Of a DNA stretch of 44,949 bases, positions 27,513-35,231 are shown in pieces. The stretch lies in contig CAZIDW010000001.1 in the NCBI GenBank assembly GCA_964538225.1, positions 1 through 44,949 of the forward strand, read 5' to 3'. Position 1 is the stretch's first letter, and each line of letters starts with the position of its first letter. The translations under genes were made by a program, and so were the position numbers. The notes beneath the pieces were generated by a model. The model was not told where the DNA came from and ran no database searches. It worked only from the letters and a program-made list of their open reading frames with translations. This DNA comes from an uncultured Candidatus Peribacteria bacterium (lineage in GTDB: Bacteria; Patescibacteriota; Gracilibacteria; UM-FILTER-43-11).

Positions 27513-28484
27513 TTAGTATTTCAGACCCGTCACTTCGCGGATCTGCTGTATGGTCTGGCGTGAAAGCGCGCGGACTTTTTTTGCGCCTTTGGCCAGAATG
27601 GTCTCCACTTTTTTGGGGTGGTTTTCAAGCTCCTGCCGCTTCTGGCGGTAAGGTTTGAAAGTCTCCTGTATTTTTTCCAGCAGTTTCTTTTTAGCGTCGC
27701 CGTAACCCAATCCGCCTTTTTTAAACTGTTCGGCCAGGGTTTTGCTTTCCGCGGGGCTTGCCATCAGTTTGTACAGTTCGAAGATTGTGTTGCCTTCCGG
27801 TTTTTTCGGTTCATTCACGCCTTTGGAATCCGTCACAATGCCCATCACCGCTTTTTTGATCACAGAATCGTCTGCAAAAATCGGAATCGTGTTTTTATAG
27901 CTTTTGCTCATCTTCTGACCATCCGTGCCCGGGATGACCGCGATGTCATCCGGAATCTCCGGTTCAGGGATTTTAAAGGTTTCGCCAAATACATGGTTGA
28001 ATTTTATGGCCATGTCGCGGGCCATTTCCAAATGCTGTTTCTGGTCTTTGCCCACCGGCACCACATCCGCCTGGCTGATGAGGATGTCCGCCGCCATCAG
28101 AGTCGGATAGTTGAAAAGCCCCAGGTTGGGCTGAATCCCTTTCGCGATTTTATCTTTATAACTGTGTGCCCGTTCCATCATCCCCATGGGGGTTAGGCAG
28201 GAAAGAATCCAGGCCAGTTCCGTGGTTTCCGGCACATCTGACTGCACCCAAAAATAACAGCGGTCCGGATCCGCCCCCAGCGCCAATAGGTCTATAGCCG
28301 CCTGAAGTGTCAGGTTTTTCAGCTCCTTTGCGTCCGTCAGGGTCGTAAGCGAGTGGAGGTTGGCTATAAATAAAAAGAGGTCGCTGGATTCCTGGTATTC
28401 AATCATACGCTTGATTGTTCCGAAGTAATTCCCAATATGAAGATTACCGGATGGCTGGATTCCAGAAAGAACTCTTTTTTTCAT
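27513..28484 (-). CDS. trpS: tryptophan--tRNA ligase
   Basis: SGIQPSGNLHIGNY (HIGH), KMSKS, 323 aa. Confidence 0.96.
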   Translation of the reverse strand: MKKRVLSGIQPSGNLHIGNYFGTIKRMIEYQESSDLFLFIANLHSLTTLTDAKELKNLTLQAAIDLLALGADPDRCYFWVQSDVPETTELAWILSCLTPMGMMERAHSYKDKIAKGIQPNLGLFNYPTLMAADILISQADVVPVGKDQKQHLEMARDMAIKFNHVFGETFKIPEPEIPDDIAVIPGTDGQKMSKSYKNTIPIFADDSVIKKAVMGIVTDSKGVNEPKKPEGNTIFELYKLMASPAESKTLAEQFKKGGLGYGDAKKKLLEKIQETFKPYRQKRQELENHPKKVETILAKGAKKVRALSRQTIQQIREVTGLKY

Positions 28485-28651
28485 AATTTTTTATTGAGTA
28501 TAAATTATCAGAGTTTCTGGCTGGTGGCAATACGAAAAGGACACAGGACTAAGGATACAGGAAACAGCCGAACATCAGAATAACAGCTGAGTCCTGGATC
28601 CTGTTTCCTGATGTAGTCTTGTAAACTCTCTTGCTTATCGTTATATTAAAA

Positions 28652-29029
28652 ATGCAATATAATAAAAATAAATCTATGGCATCAGAACTTTCCGTATCGG
28701 TCACTGACAGCTCTAACCCGTCCGTAAAAATCGTGGCGCTGGCCGGCGAAATGGACGAGACCAATATCGACACCCTCCGCAAAGAGCTGGAACCTTTTTT
28801 AAATGATCTGGGCATTACGCATCTTGTTTTTGACTTGAGCAAACTTGAGTTTATCAACAGTAAGGGAATCGGTTATCTGGTTTCTGTCCACACCCATCTT
28901 TCCAAAGACAAGCGTGTGATGATTCTGGCAAGCGCCCAGGAGGCGGTGATGGATGTGATCAGTCTGGTTGGACTTACCACTATTATCAAATATTTCCAGA
29001 CGCTGGATGAGGCTCTCCAGAACCTTTGA
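28652..29029 (+). CDS. STAS-domain protein (anti-sigma-factor antagonist-like)
   Basis: LVFDLSKLEFINSKGIGYLV pattern typical of SpoIIAA/STAS. ATG at 28652 preferred over the TTG at 28631. Confidence 0.75.
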   Translation: MQYNKNKSMASELSVSVTDSSNPSVKIVALAGEMDETNIDTLRKELEPFLNDLGITHLVFDLSKLEFINSKGIGYLVSVHTHLSKDKRVMILASAQEAVMDVISLVGLTTIIKYFQTLDEALQNL

Positions 29030-29032
29030 TGC

Positions 29033-29150
29033 CTGACAAAATTTGTAACTTGTAATTTGCCCCTTCGGGGCGTAACTAGTAACTTGATTGCTGTAAGTTA
29101 CAAGTTACGAGTTACAAATTTCAAAAAGGTCAAATGTCAAAGGTCAAATG
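29033..29150 (+). repeat. GTAAC nested-palindromic element, copy D
   Basis: AAATTTGTAACTTGTAATTTGCCCCTTCGGGGCGTAAC... Its right flank is the reverse complement of copy A's left flank. Confidence 0.85.
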
Positions 29151-29155
29151 TAATT

Positions 29156-30955
29156 ATGGAATCTTTATTTTTCGAACTAGGCCTCGTCATCATCTCCGCC
29201 GCGCTGGTCGGCGTTATCGGTTATTACCTGAAACAGCCGCTCATTCTGGCTTATATCGCGGCGGGGGTTTTAATCGGTCCTTTTGGTTTTGGTCTGGTAC
29301 ATGATGTGGAAACAATTCATATTATTGCCCAGGTGGGCATTATGCTGATGCTGTTTTTGGTGGGCCTGGAAATGAATCCGGCCCGTTTAAGGGATCTGGG
29401 AGTTGTTTCCCTTTTTGCCGGTATCGGACAGGTGCTTTTTACCGGTCTGATCGGCTATGGCATTATCCACGCTTTTGGTTTTTCTTTTGTGCAGGCAATT
29501 TATATGGCGATAGCGCTTACTTTCAGCAGTACTGTGATTGCCATTAAGATCATTTATGACAAACGTGATAATAATGCCCTCTATGGTCAGATAACAATCG
29601 GTATTCTGCTGGTACAGGATGCTCTTGCTATTTTAGCTTTGATCGCCCTGACGGGTTTTCAGGCAGGTTCTTTCTCTTTTGATTTTGCGCGTTTCGGAAT
29701 GATCCTTATGAAGGGTTCCATAATCTCTGCTCTGGCTATTTTAATCTCCCGCAAACTCCTTGTTTATATTTATAATAAAATCGCCGGATCCCATGAGTTA
29801 TTGATACTTTTTAGTCTGGGATGGGCTTTTCTTGTGGCGCTGGCTTCGGAATACATCGGTTTTAGTATTGAAATCGGAGCGTTTATTGCCGGTGTCAGTT
29901 TAGCCAGCCTGCCTTATACATTCGAGATCAATACGAAGGCAAAAGTACTGCGTGATTTTTTTATTACGATCTTTTTTGTAGCCTTGGGGGCAGGTTTGGT
30001 TTTTACTTCTATGGGGCCGCAGGCCATTACATTCATCACCTTGTCGCTTTTTGTCCTTATCGGCAATCCTATTATTGTTATGCTTATTATGGGTTCGGTC
30101 GGTTATGATAAGCGGACCTCTTTTTTTACAGGCCTTGCCGTCGCGAATATTAGTGAATTTTCATTGATTGTCGCGGCGATGGGTTTAAGCCTTGGCCATC
30201 TCGATCAGGAAGTGGTTTCTATGATCACGGTTATCGGTCTTTTGACCATGACCATTTCTTCTTACATGATGATTTATAACAATTTTATTTATAATAAAAT
30301 AAAAGGTTTTTTGGGTATTTTTGAATTCCGTAAGGTAAAAACCAGGCTGAACAATATCCAGACCGGCCTTAAAGACCATATCATCCTGCTCGGATGCGGG
30401 CAGATGGGCCAGCAGATACTGGAACAGATCAAACATTTTAAAGAGGATTACCTAGTCGTGGACCATGACAATGGTGTTATTAAAAAGCTTATCAGCAAGA
30501 AGGTGAGTTGTATTTTTGGTGACGTGGAAGATATTGAACTTCTTAATGAACTGGATCTTGAAAACGCCGAAATTATTATCAGCACACTTCCAAGCCCCGA
30601 AGATAATTTGTTTTTTATTAAACATATCGAAAAAATTCCCCAGTCCCGGCGCCCCATTGTCATCGTTACCGCGGACACCGGCCGGGAAGGCTTGGAGCTG
30701 TTTAACCGCGGGGCGGATTATGTGATTTTAAAACCTTATCTCGGCGCCGAACACATCCACCAGATCAACCGTGAGCTTTACGATCTGGAAGATGAAGCCC
30801 CGTTGGAATCGGTGCAGGAACCTTTTTATAAAAAAAAGTTCAAGAGCGATCATGATTACGCCAAAGTACTGCACAATTTAAACAAGCTCCGATTGCGGGA
30901 GATTAAGCAGAAAATCGAGAAGCGGCATATAAAGCTGAAACCGAAGAAAAATTGA
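29156..30955 (+). CDS. Kef-type cation:proton antiporter (CPA2) with C-terminal RCK/TrkA-N domain
   Basis: About 12 TM helices, then a Rossmann motif ILLGCGQMG. The ATG at 29156 lies after the repeat. Confidence 0.88.
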   Translation: MESLFFELGLVIISAALVGVIGYYLKQPLILAYIAAGVLIGPFGFGLVHDVETIHIIAQVGIMLMLFLVGLEMNPARLRDLGVVSLFAGIGQVLFTGLIGYGIIHAFGFSFVQAIYMAIALTFSSTVIAIKIIYDKRDNNALYGQITIGILLVQDALAILALIALTGFQAGSFSFDFARFGMILMKGSIISALAILISRKLLVYIYNKIAGSHELLILFSLGWAFLVALASEYIGFSIEIGAFIAGVSLASLPYTFEINTKAKVLRDFFITIFFVALGAGLVFTSMGPQAITFITLSLFVLIGNPIIVMLIMGSVGYDKRTSFFTGLAVANISEFSLIVAAMGLSLGHLDQEVVSMITVIGLLTMTISSYMMIYNNFIYNKIKGFLGIFEFRKVKTRLNNIQTGLKDHIILLGCGQMGQQILEQIKHFKEDYLVVDHDNGVIKKLISKKVSCIFGDVEDIELLNELDLENAEIIISTLPSPEDNLFFIKHIEKIPQSRRPIVIVTADTGREGLELFNRGADYVILKPYLGAEHIHQINRELYDLEDEAPLESVQEPFYKKKFKSDHDYAKVLHNLNKLRLREIKQKIEKRHIKLKPKKN

Positions 30956-31175
30956 TTTAGTTCCGATAGCCTGCAGGATTTGGCATATTGTTGATCAGAC
31001 ATTTCGTATAACACTAATTGGCCGCAATACTGACTATTTTTCTATTATTAGATGGGGTACTTTTAGAACATTTTTAACAATTTCATTAGTTTATATAAGT
31101 ACTTTTTTCTTGTACTTTTTTCTTGTTTTAAATAAGATGTTTTTGAATTAAAATAGAATCAAAGTGAAAATATGG

Positions 31176-31204
31176 TTGACTGGTGAACATATGTTTACTA
31201 GAAT
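31176..31204 (+). promoter_or_regulatory. promoter with LexA/Cheo-box-like palindrome in the spacer
   Basis: TTGACT-GGTGAACATATGTTTAC-TAGAAT. The core GAACATATGTT matches the GAAC-N4-GTTC type SOS box. A 28/29-identical copy lies at 32899-32927. Confidence 0.6.
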
Positions 31205-31237
31205 AAAGAATGAACTATTTTGGAACCAATTATTTTT

Positions 31238-32080
31238 ATGGACAAAAAGCATTCAATTATAATCTTTAATCAAAAAAGTGTCCGCAGGCATTGGGACGCG
31301 GATAAGAGGCTTTGGTATTTTTCTGTTATTGATGTTGTAGAAATTTTAACTGATTCTTCAGAGCCAAAGCGATATTGGAGTGATTTGAAAATCAAATTAA
31401 AAAATGAGGGAAGTGAAGTGTACGAAAAAATCGTACGGTTGAAATTAATTGCTTCGGATGGGAAAAATAGAGAGACTGACTGTTTTTCTACGGAAGATTT
31501 ACTCAGAGTAATTCAGTCAATTCCTTCGCCTAAAGCTGAGCCGTTTAAAATGTGGCTGGCGCAGGTCGGGAAGGAAAGAATCGATGAAATCGAGAGTCCG
31601 GAACTGGCACAGGAGCGTATGAAATCCTTATATGAACAAAAAGGATATTCCAAAAATTGGATAGATAAACGGCTGCGTGGTATAGCGATAAGGCAAAATC
31701 TAACGGATGAATGGAAAGAGCGTGGCATTGAACATCCAAAAGATTTCTCGATTCTGACAGCGGAAATTTCCAAAGCGACCTTTGGCATGACTCCGGCGGA
31801 ATATAAAGAATTCAAAGGGATTCCCGTAAAATCAAAAGCCAATCTGCGCGACAATATGACAGATTTTGAACTGATCTTTACAATGCTTGGCGAAAAAGTA
31901 ACTACGGAAATCTCATCCAAAGAGAAGCCGGACGGTATACCGGAAAACAAAAAGGTCGCCAAACGAGGAGGCGGAGTGGCTGGCAACGCGAGAAAAGAGA
32001 CTGAAAAGGAGCTCGGCAGAAGCGTTATTGAAAAAAAGAATTTTCTGGAAAAAGGCAAAGAAGGTCGGCTGGCAGAGTAA
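31238..32080 (+). CDS. Bro-N domain / DinD-like DNA-damage-inducible protein
   Basis: N-terminus IFNQKSVRRHWDADKRLWYFSVIDVVEIL (Bro-N-like). The C-terminal half resembles E. coli DinD by eye. Confidence 0.65.
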   Translation: MDKKHSIIIFNQKSVRRHWDADKRLWYFSVIDVVEILTDSSEPKRYWSDLKIKLKNEGSEVYEKIVRLKLIASDGKNRETDCFSTEDLLRVIQSIPSPKAEPFKMWLAQVGKERIDEIESPELAQERMKSLYEQKGYSKNWIDKRLRGIAIRQNLTDEWKERGIEHPKDFSILTAEISKATFGMTPAEYKEFKGIPVKSKANLRDNMTDFELIFTMLGEKVTTEISSKEKPDGIPENKKVAKRGGGVAGNARKETEKELGRSVIEKKNFLEKGKEGRLAE

Positions 32081-32148
32081 AATGTTTTGATTTGTATGGG
32101 CTGAGCGAAGAGTAAAAGAAAATTATTTTAAATAACTAACCTATTAAT

Positions 32149-32886
32149 ATGTATCACAAAAAATCCCCCAAACAGGTCGAAAAAGCGCTCAATACCCTTT
32201 TCAAAAAATATAAAATCCAAAATAAAGTTGATGTTGATACTATCAAAATGTGGATATGGAACTCCAAAGGCGAAGGAATGGAGCCTGTGAATAAATACCA
32301 AAAGAAATGTTTTCAGCTTTTTCCGGAACCGAAAGATATTGATGAACTTAATGACATTATGCAGGTGTTTGTAGACGCGTGGAATCATTTTCCGCATAAA
32401 GAACTGGGCGGGAAAGCTCCCTGCGATTTAATTGAGGAAAGCATGAAAAACGCGCCGGAAAAAAATAAGGAAGAAAGGCGCATGCCGAAAGTCCGTGTCG
32501 GCAATCAGGAAATGGAATGGGAAGAATACGAAGCGATGCTGAAAGAAATGGAAAAAGCGCAAAAACCGTTTAAAAAATGGATTGAGAATGACGCGCTGCC
32601 TAAATATAAAAAATATCTTGATCAATTACTTAAACATGAAAGAACGCGAAAAGAATATTATGACGTGGCTGAAAGATTTTTTGACAGAGCGCTCCATGTT
32701 GGGTTTACGGAGCTGAAGCTCATTCATCCGAAATTTGTACAGCAGGATTTTCCGCGCTGGTGGCCAACCCATATTATGTATTCCAATCTAACGCCTGTGC
32801 AGGTGCGCAAAAAACTGGAGAAATTGTTTGCTTTCATTGAGCTGGTTTACAAAGTACGTATCGATCAGTTTGGATTCAGAAAGTAA
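32149..32886 (+). CDS. hypothetical protein (245 aa)
   Basis: Clean ORF in the AT-rich island. The W-x3-P-x3-LGGK-x-P motif is reminiscent of DUF2384-type antitoxin domains (weak). Confidence 0.5.
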   Translation: MYHKKSPKQVEKALNTLFKKYKIQNKVDVDTIKMWIWNSKGEGMEPVNKYQKKCFQLFPEPKDIDELNDIMQVFVDAWNHFPHKELGGKAPCDLIEESMKNAPEKNKEERRMPKVRVGNQEMEWEEYEAMLKEMEKAQKPFKKWIENDALPKYKKYLDQLLKHERTRKEYYDVAERFFDRALHVGFTELKLIHPKFVQQDFPRWWPTHIMYSNLTPVQVRKKLEKLFAFIELVYKVRIDQFGFRK

Positions 32887-32898
32887 GAATAAAATCAT

Positions 32899-32927
32899 TT
32901 GACGGGTGAACATATGTTTACTAGAAT
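32899..32927 (+). promoter_or_regulatory. second copy of the LexA-box-like promoter module
   Basis: TTGACG-GGTGAACATATGTTTAC-TAGAAT. Confidence 0.6.
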
Positions 32928-32953
32928 TAAACTGTAATTTACTATTTAAAATT

Positions 32954-33259
32954 ATGACGGATAAGGAATTAAAAAAATCAGATTTTCTTTTATACACGTC
33001 GCCAAACGGCGAGGTCAAAATTGATGTCTTTTTCCAGGGGGAAACTATCTGGCTTACTCAAAAAATGATGAGTGAATTATTCGAAGTGGACATTCGTACA
33101 ATTAGTGAACATCTACAAAACATATTCAAGTCCGGTGAATTGAATGAAAAATCAGTTATCCGGAAAATCCGGACAACTGCCGAAGATGGCAAACAAGAAG
33201 ATGGCAAACAATATTTAACTAATTTTTACAATCTTGATGCTATTATCTCTGTGGGCTAA
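32954..33259 (+). pseudogene. RhuM-family protein, N-terminal fragment only
   Basis: KIDVFFQGETIWLTQKMMSELFEVDIRTISEHLQNIFKSGEL...NLDAIISVG matches the RhuM N-terminus, then stops where YRV... is expected. Full-length is about 330 aa. Confidence 0.7.
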
Positions 33260-33440
33260 AGAAACTAATAATCTTTTGCCATGGCAAAGAAGTTTGGCTT
33301 TCAGTCTTGGAAAACTCGTTAACAGAGGAAAAACACCATCCTCCAAACAGTCTGAGCATGGTCTAAAAATACTTAAGGAAGCTAAAAGACTCGGTTTTAA
33401 AAGTGAAAATGATTACAAATAATTTTTGTTGTATCCATTT

Positions 33441-33469
33441 TTGACAAAATATAATTTCTAATATAAAAT
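33441..33469 (+). promoter_or_regulatory. consensus-like promoter (TTGACA-17-TAAAAT) for the riboswitch transcript
   Basis: TTGACA at 33441-33446, TAAAAT at 33464-33469. Confidence 0.6.
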
Positions 33470-33479
33470 AACCCTGTCA

Positions 33480-33570
33480 TCTTTTATCAAGAGTGCAGTG
33501 AGAGGCTTAGCTCTACGAACTGCCGGCAACCCAAGTAATGTTGGGTGCCAAACCTAAGACGGATAAAATT
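33480..33570 (+). promoter_or_regulatory. S-box (SAM-I or SAM-I/IV-like) riboswitch
   Basis: UUAUCAAGAG, GCAG...ACGAACUGCC (P2/K-turn-like), GGCAACC...GGGUGCCAAACC (P3). P1 is TTTTATC (33482-33488) with GATAAAA (33562-33568). Confidence 0.7.
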
Positions 33571-33622
33571 ATTCGCAAACTTGGTAAAAGGATAAGTTTT
33601 TAACACTTAACCTTTTATTTTT

Positions 33623-33922
33623 ATGTCATTACCAATACCAAAAGGGCTGAAAAAATGCCCGAAGTGCAATTACTATAAGGGGATTGCCGAAGATCATCGC
33701 GGACCATGCAAAGTATCCTGTGCCTGCCACAAACAACTGTGTGATAGGTGCGGAGAAAAAGTGTATGAGTTCCCGATAGGTTCAACGATATTTGACGAAA
33801 AAAGAGGCTTACTGCATGTGCCTATTTTCTTTGCCTGGAGTCACACATGCCCGGATGGCGTAAAAGGCCAGCTGAAAAATAGTTTTCTGATTGATGTGAA
33901 AAGAAATGATTTACTTAAATAA
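33623..33922 (+). CDS. Cys-rich small protein (zinc-ribbon-like), hypothetical
   Basis: 99 aa. CPKC...C-x3-C-x-C-x4-C-x2-C. Directly downstream of the riboswitch. Confidence 0.55.
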   Translation: MSLPIPKGLKKCPKCNYYKGIAEDHRGPCKVSCACHKQLCDRCGEKVYEFPIGSTIFDEKRGLLHVPIFFAWSHTCPDGVKGQLKNSFLIDVKRNDLLK

Positions 33923-34194
33923 ACCAAATTCCATGAGTCAAACAATTTTACAAAAAATCAATCTGGCTATCACAGGTTAATTTCTAGTATCTCATTTACT
34001 ATTCACTTACTTCATTGTCTTCATAATAAGCTATTTCTTCATCATTGGTTTTAAGAGACATGAATTTGGCACGAACTAGGTTTGCAAATCTTTTAGGTGC
34101 ATGAATAATTTATTTTTAAACTACCATCAGATTATTTTTCAATTAAAAAATCGGTACATTCACCCATAATTGGATATTCTTTATTCATAATTTG

Positions 34195-34665
34195 TTATTC
34201 TGGTTCAGCATCTTTAGGATAAACTTTTGGCATTTCGTTTCTCAATTTTATACCCAATATTTCTTCAATCATATTTTTTTCATTATTGTCTATATGAAGA
34301 ATAATCACATATTCATGGCTTATTGTGTCAATTTTAAGCTTCCCGTCGGTATAAAATTCAGGATCCTCATAAGGCCCTCTGTATAATTCTCCATTTTCAT
34401 ATTTATCAATATATGAAATATAATCATTTACATTCAGCCTATAGGTAAAGTTATTTTGGCTAACCTTTTCTTTTTTATATTTCATACCTTTAAGTTTTTT
34501 TTCCAATTCACTCATTTCGTTACCAAATACATAGATTGAACATGTATTAATTTTTAGAATTTTTGCAAAACTTTTCAATAATTCTGACCAACTTAAATTA
34601 GTCTGTGGCTTTATATTCCGGTGCTTTTGATATTCTGCCACTAAGGTGAAATAGTGTTTATTCAT
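34195..34665 (-). CDS. putative immunity protein of the Rhs toxin
   Basis: 156-aa ORF whose ATG overlaps the toxin stop (TAATG). No family recognised. Confidence 0.55.
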   Translation of the reverse strand: MNKHYFTLVAEYQKHRNIKPQTNLSWSELLKSFAKILKINTCSIYVFGNEMSELEKKLKGMKYKKEKVSQNNFTYRLNVNDYISYIDKYENGELYRGPYEDPEFYTDGKLKIDTISHEYVIILHIDNNEKNMIEEILGIKLRNEMPKVYPKDAEPE

Positions 34666-35231
34666 TAATCTTCTTCTTTAGGATAAATTCTATGTTCCTC
34701 CATAGTGTCTTGCCATCTGCCACTTTCAGCTTTCTGTTCAATATGCATATGTGGCTTGTCACCATGAGGATTATCGATATCAAATCTTATTTTTCTATTC
34801 CCATCTTCTGAAATAAAGTATTTATCTGAACCATTTTTCTTTTCCCCCATTTTCATATCCTCCCCCAAATATTCCTTTATTTGTCCTTTTATATTATCAA
34901 TATTTTTATTAACAGATTTTTTAGTCAATTCCGTCGCCTCTTCAATATTTTTTCCGTTTTTAACCAGCTGTCTGTACAATTTTAGCTCACCAATGGTCTT
35001 AAAGCCAAATTTTGCTAAACCTGTAACTATTTTACTTCCCGCATATCCGATTGCGCCACCTGCAAGCTCACCAATAGTCATTGATGTAATAATCTCAGAT
35101 TCTGTTCTAGTGTGGATAGGTGGACTGTTAATATCTGGTGCGGCAACATTTTGGTAGCTCCCTAAAAAAGCGCCGATAAAGCCTGCCATAGCAATTGCTC
35201 CGGCAATAATCCCGATTTCCCCCCGTATCAT
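34665..35231 (-). CDS. Rhs C-terminal toxin module (Gly-rich/TG-like linker plus His-rich domain), out of frame with the core
   Basis: GAIGYAGSKIVTGLAKFG (pre-toxin TG-like), C-terminal RFDIDNPHGDKPHMHIE. Joined to the upstream ORF if one G of the run at 35219-35224 is removed. Confidence 0.6.
   Translation of the reverse strand: MIRGEIGIIAGAIAMAGFIGAFLGSYQNVAAPDINSPPIHTRTESEIITSMTIGELAGGAIGYAGSKIVTGLAKFGFKTIGELKLYRQLVKNGKNIEEATELTKKSVNKNIDNIKGQIKEYLGEDMKMGEKKNGSDKYFISEDGNRKIRFDIDNPHGDKPHMHIEQKAESGRWQDTMEEHRIYPKEED

Noticed and set aside
28485-28651. Possible T-box leader upstream of trpS. The region upstream of gltX at 16882-16959 was checked as well.
   Set aside because: The leader is too short, under 150 nt, and lacks the conserved T-box sequence (AAUUGGGUGGUACCGCG-like) and a specifier-loop architecture. 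The CAGGA-unit repeats at 28541-28620 do not nest into a single hairpin.
33996-34100. Short minus-strand reading frame ending ...KRFANLVRAKFMSLKTNDEEIAYYEDNEVSE.
   Set aside because: It is about 30 codons with no credible start. It is probably a gene remnant inside the decaying island and is not reported as a feature.
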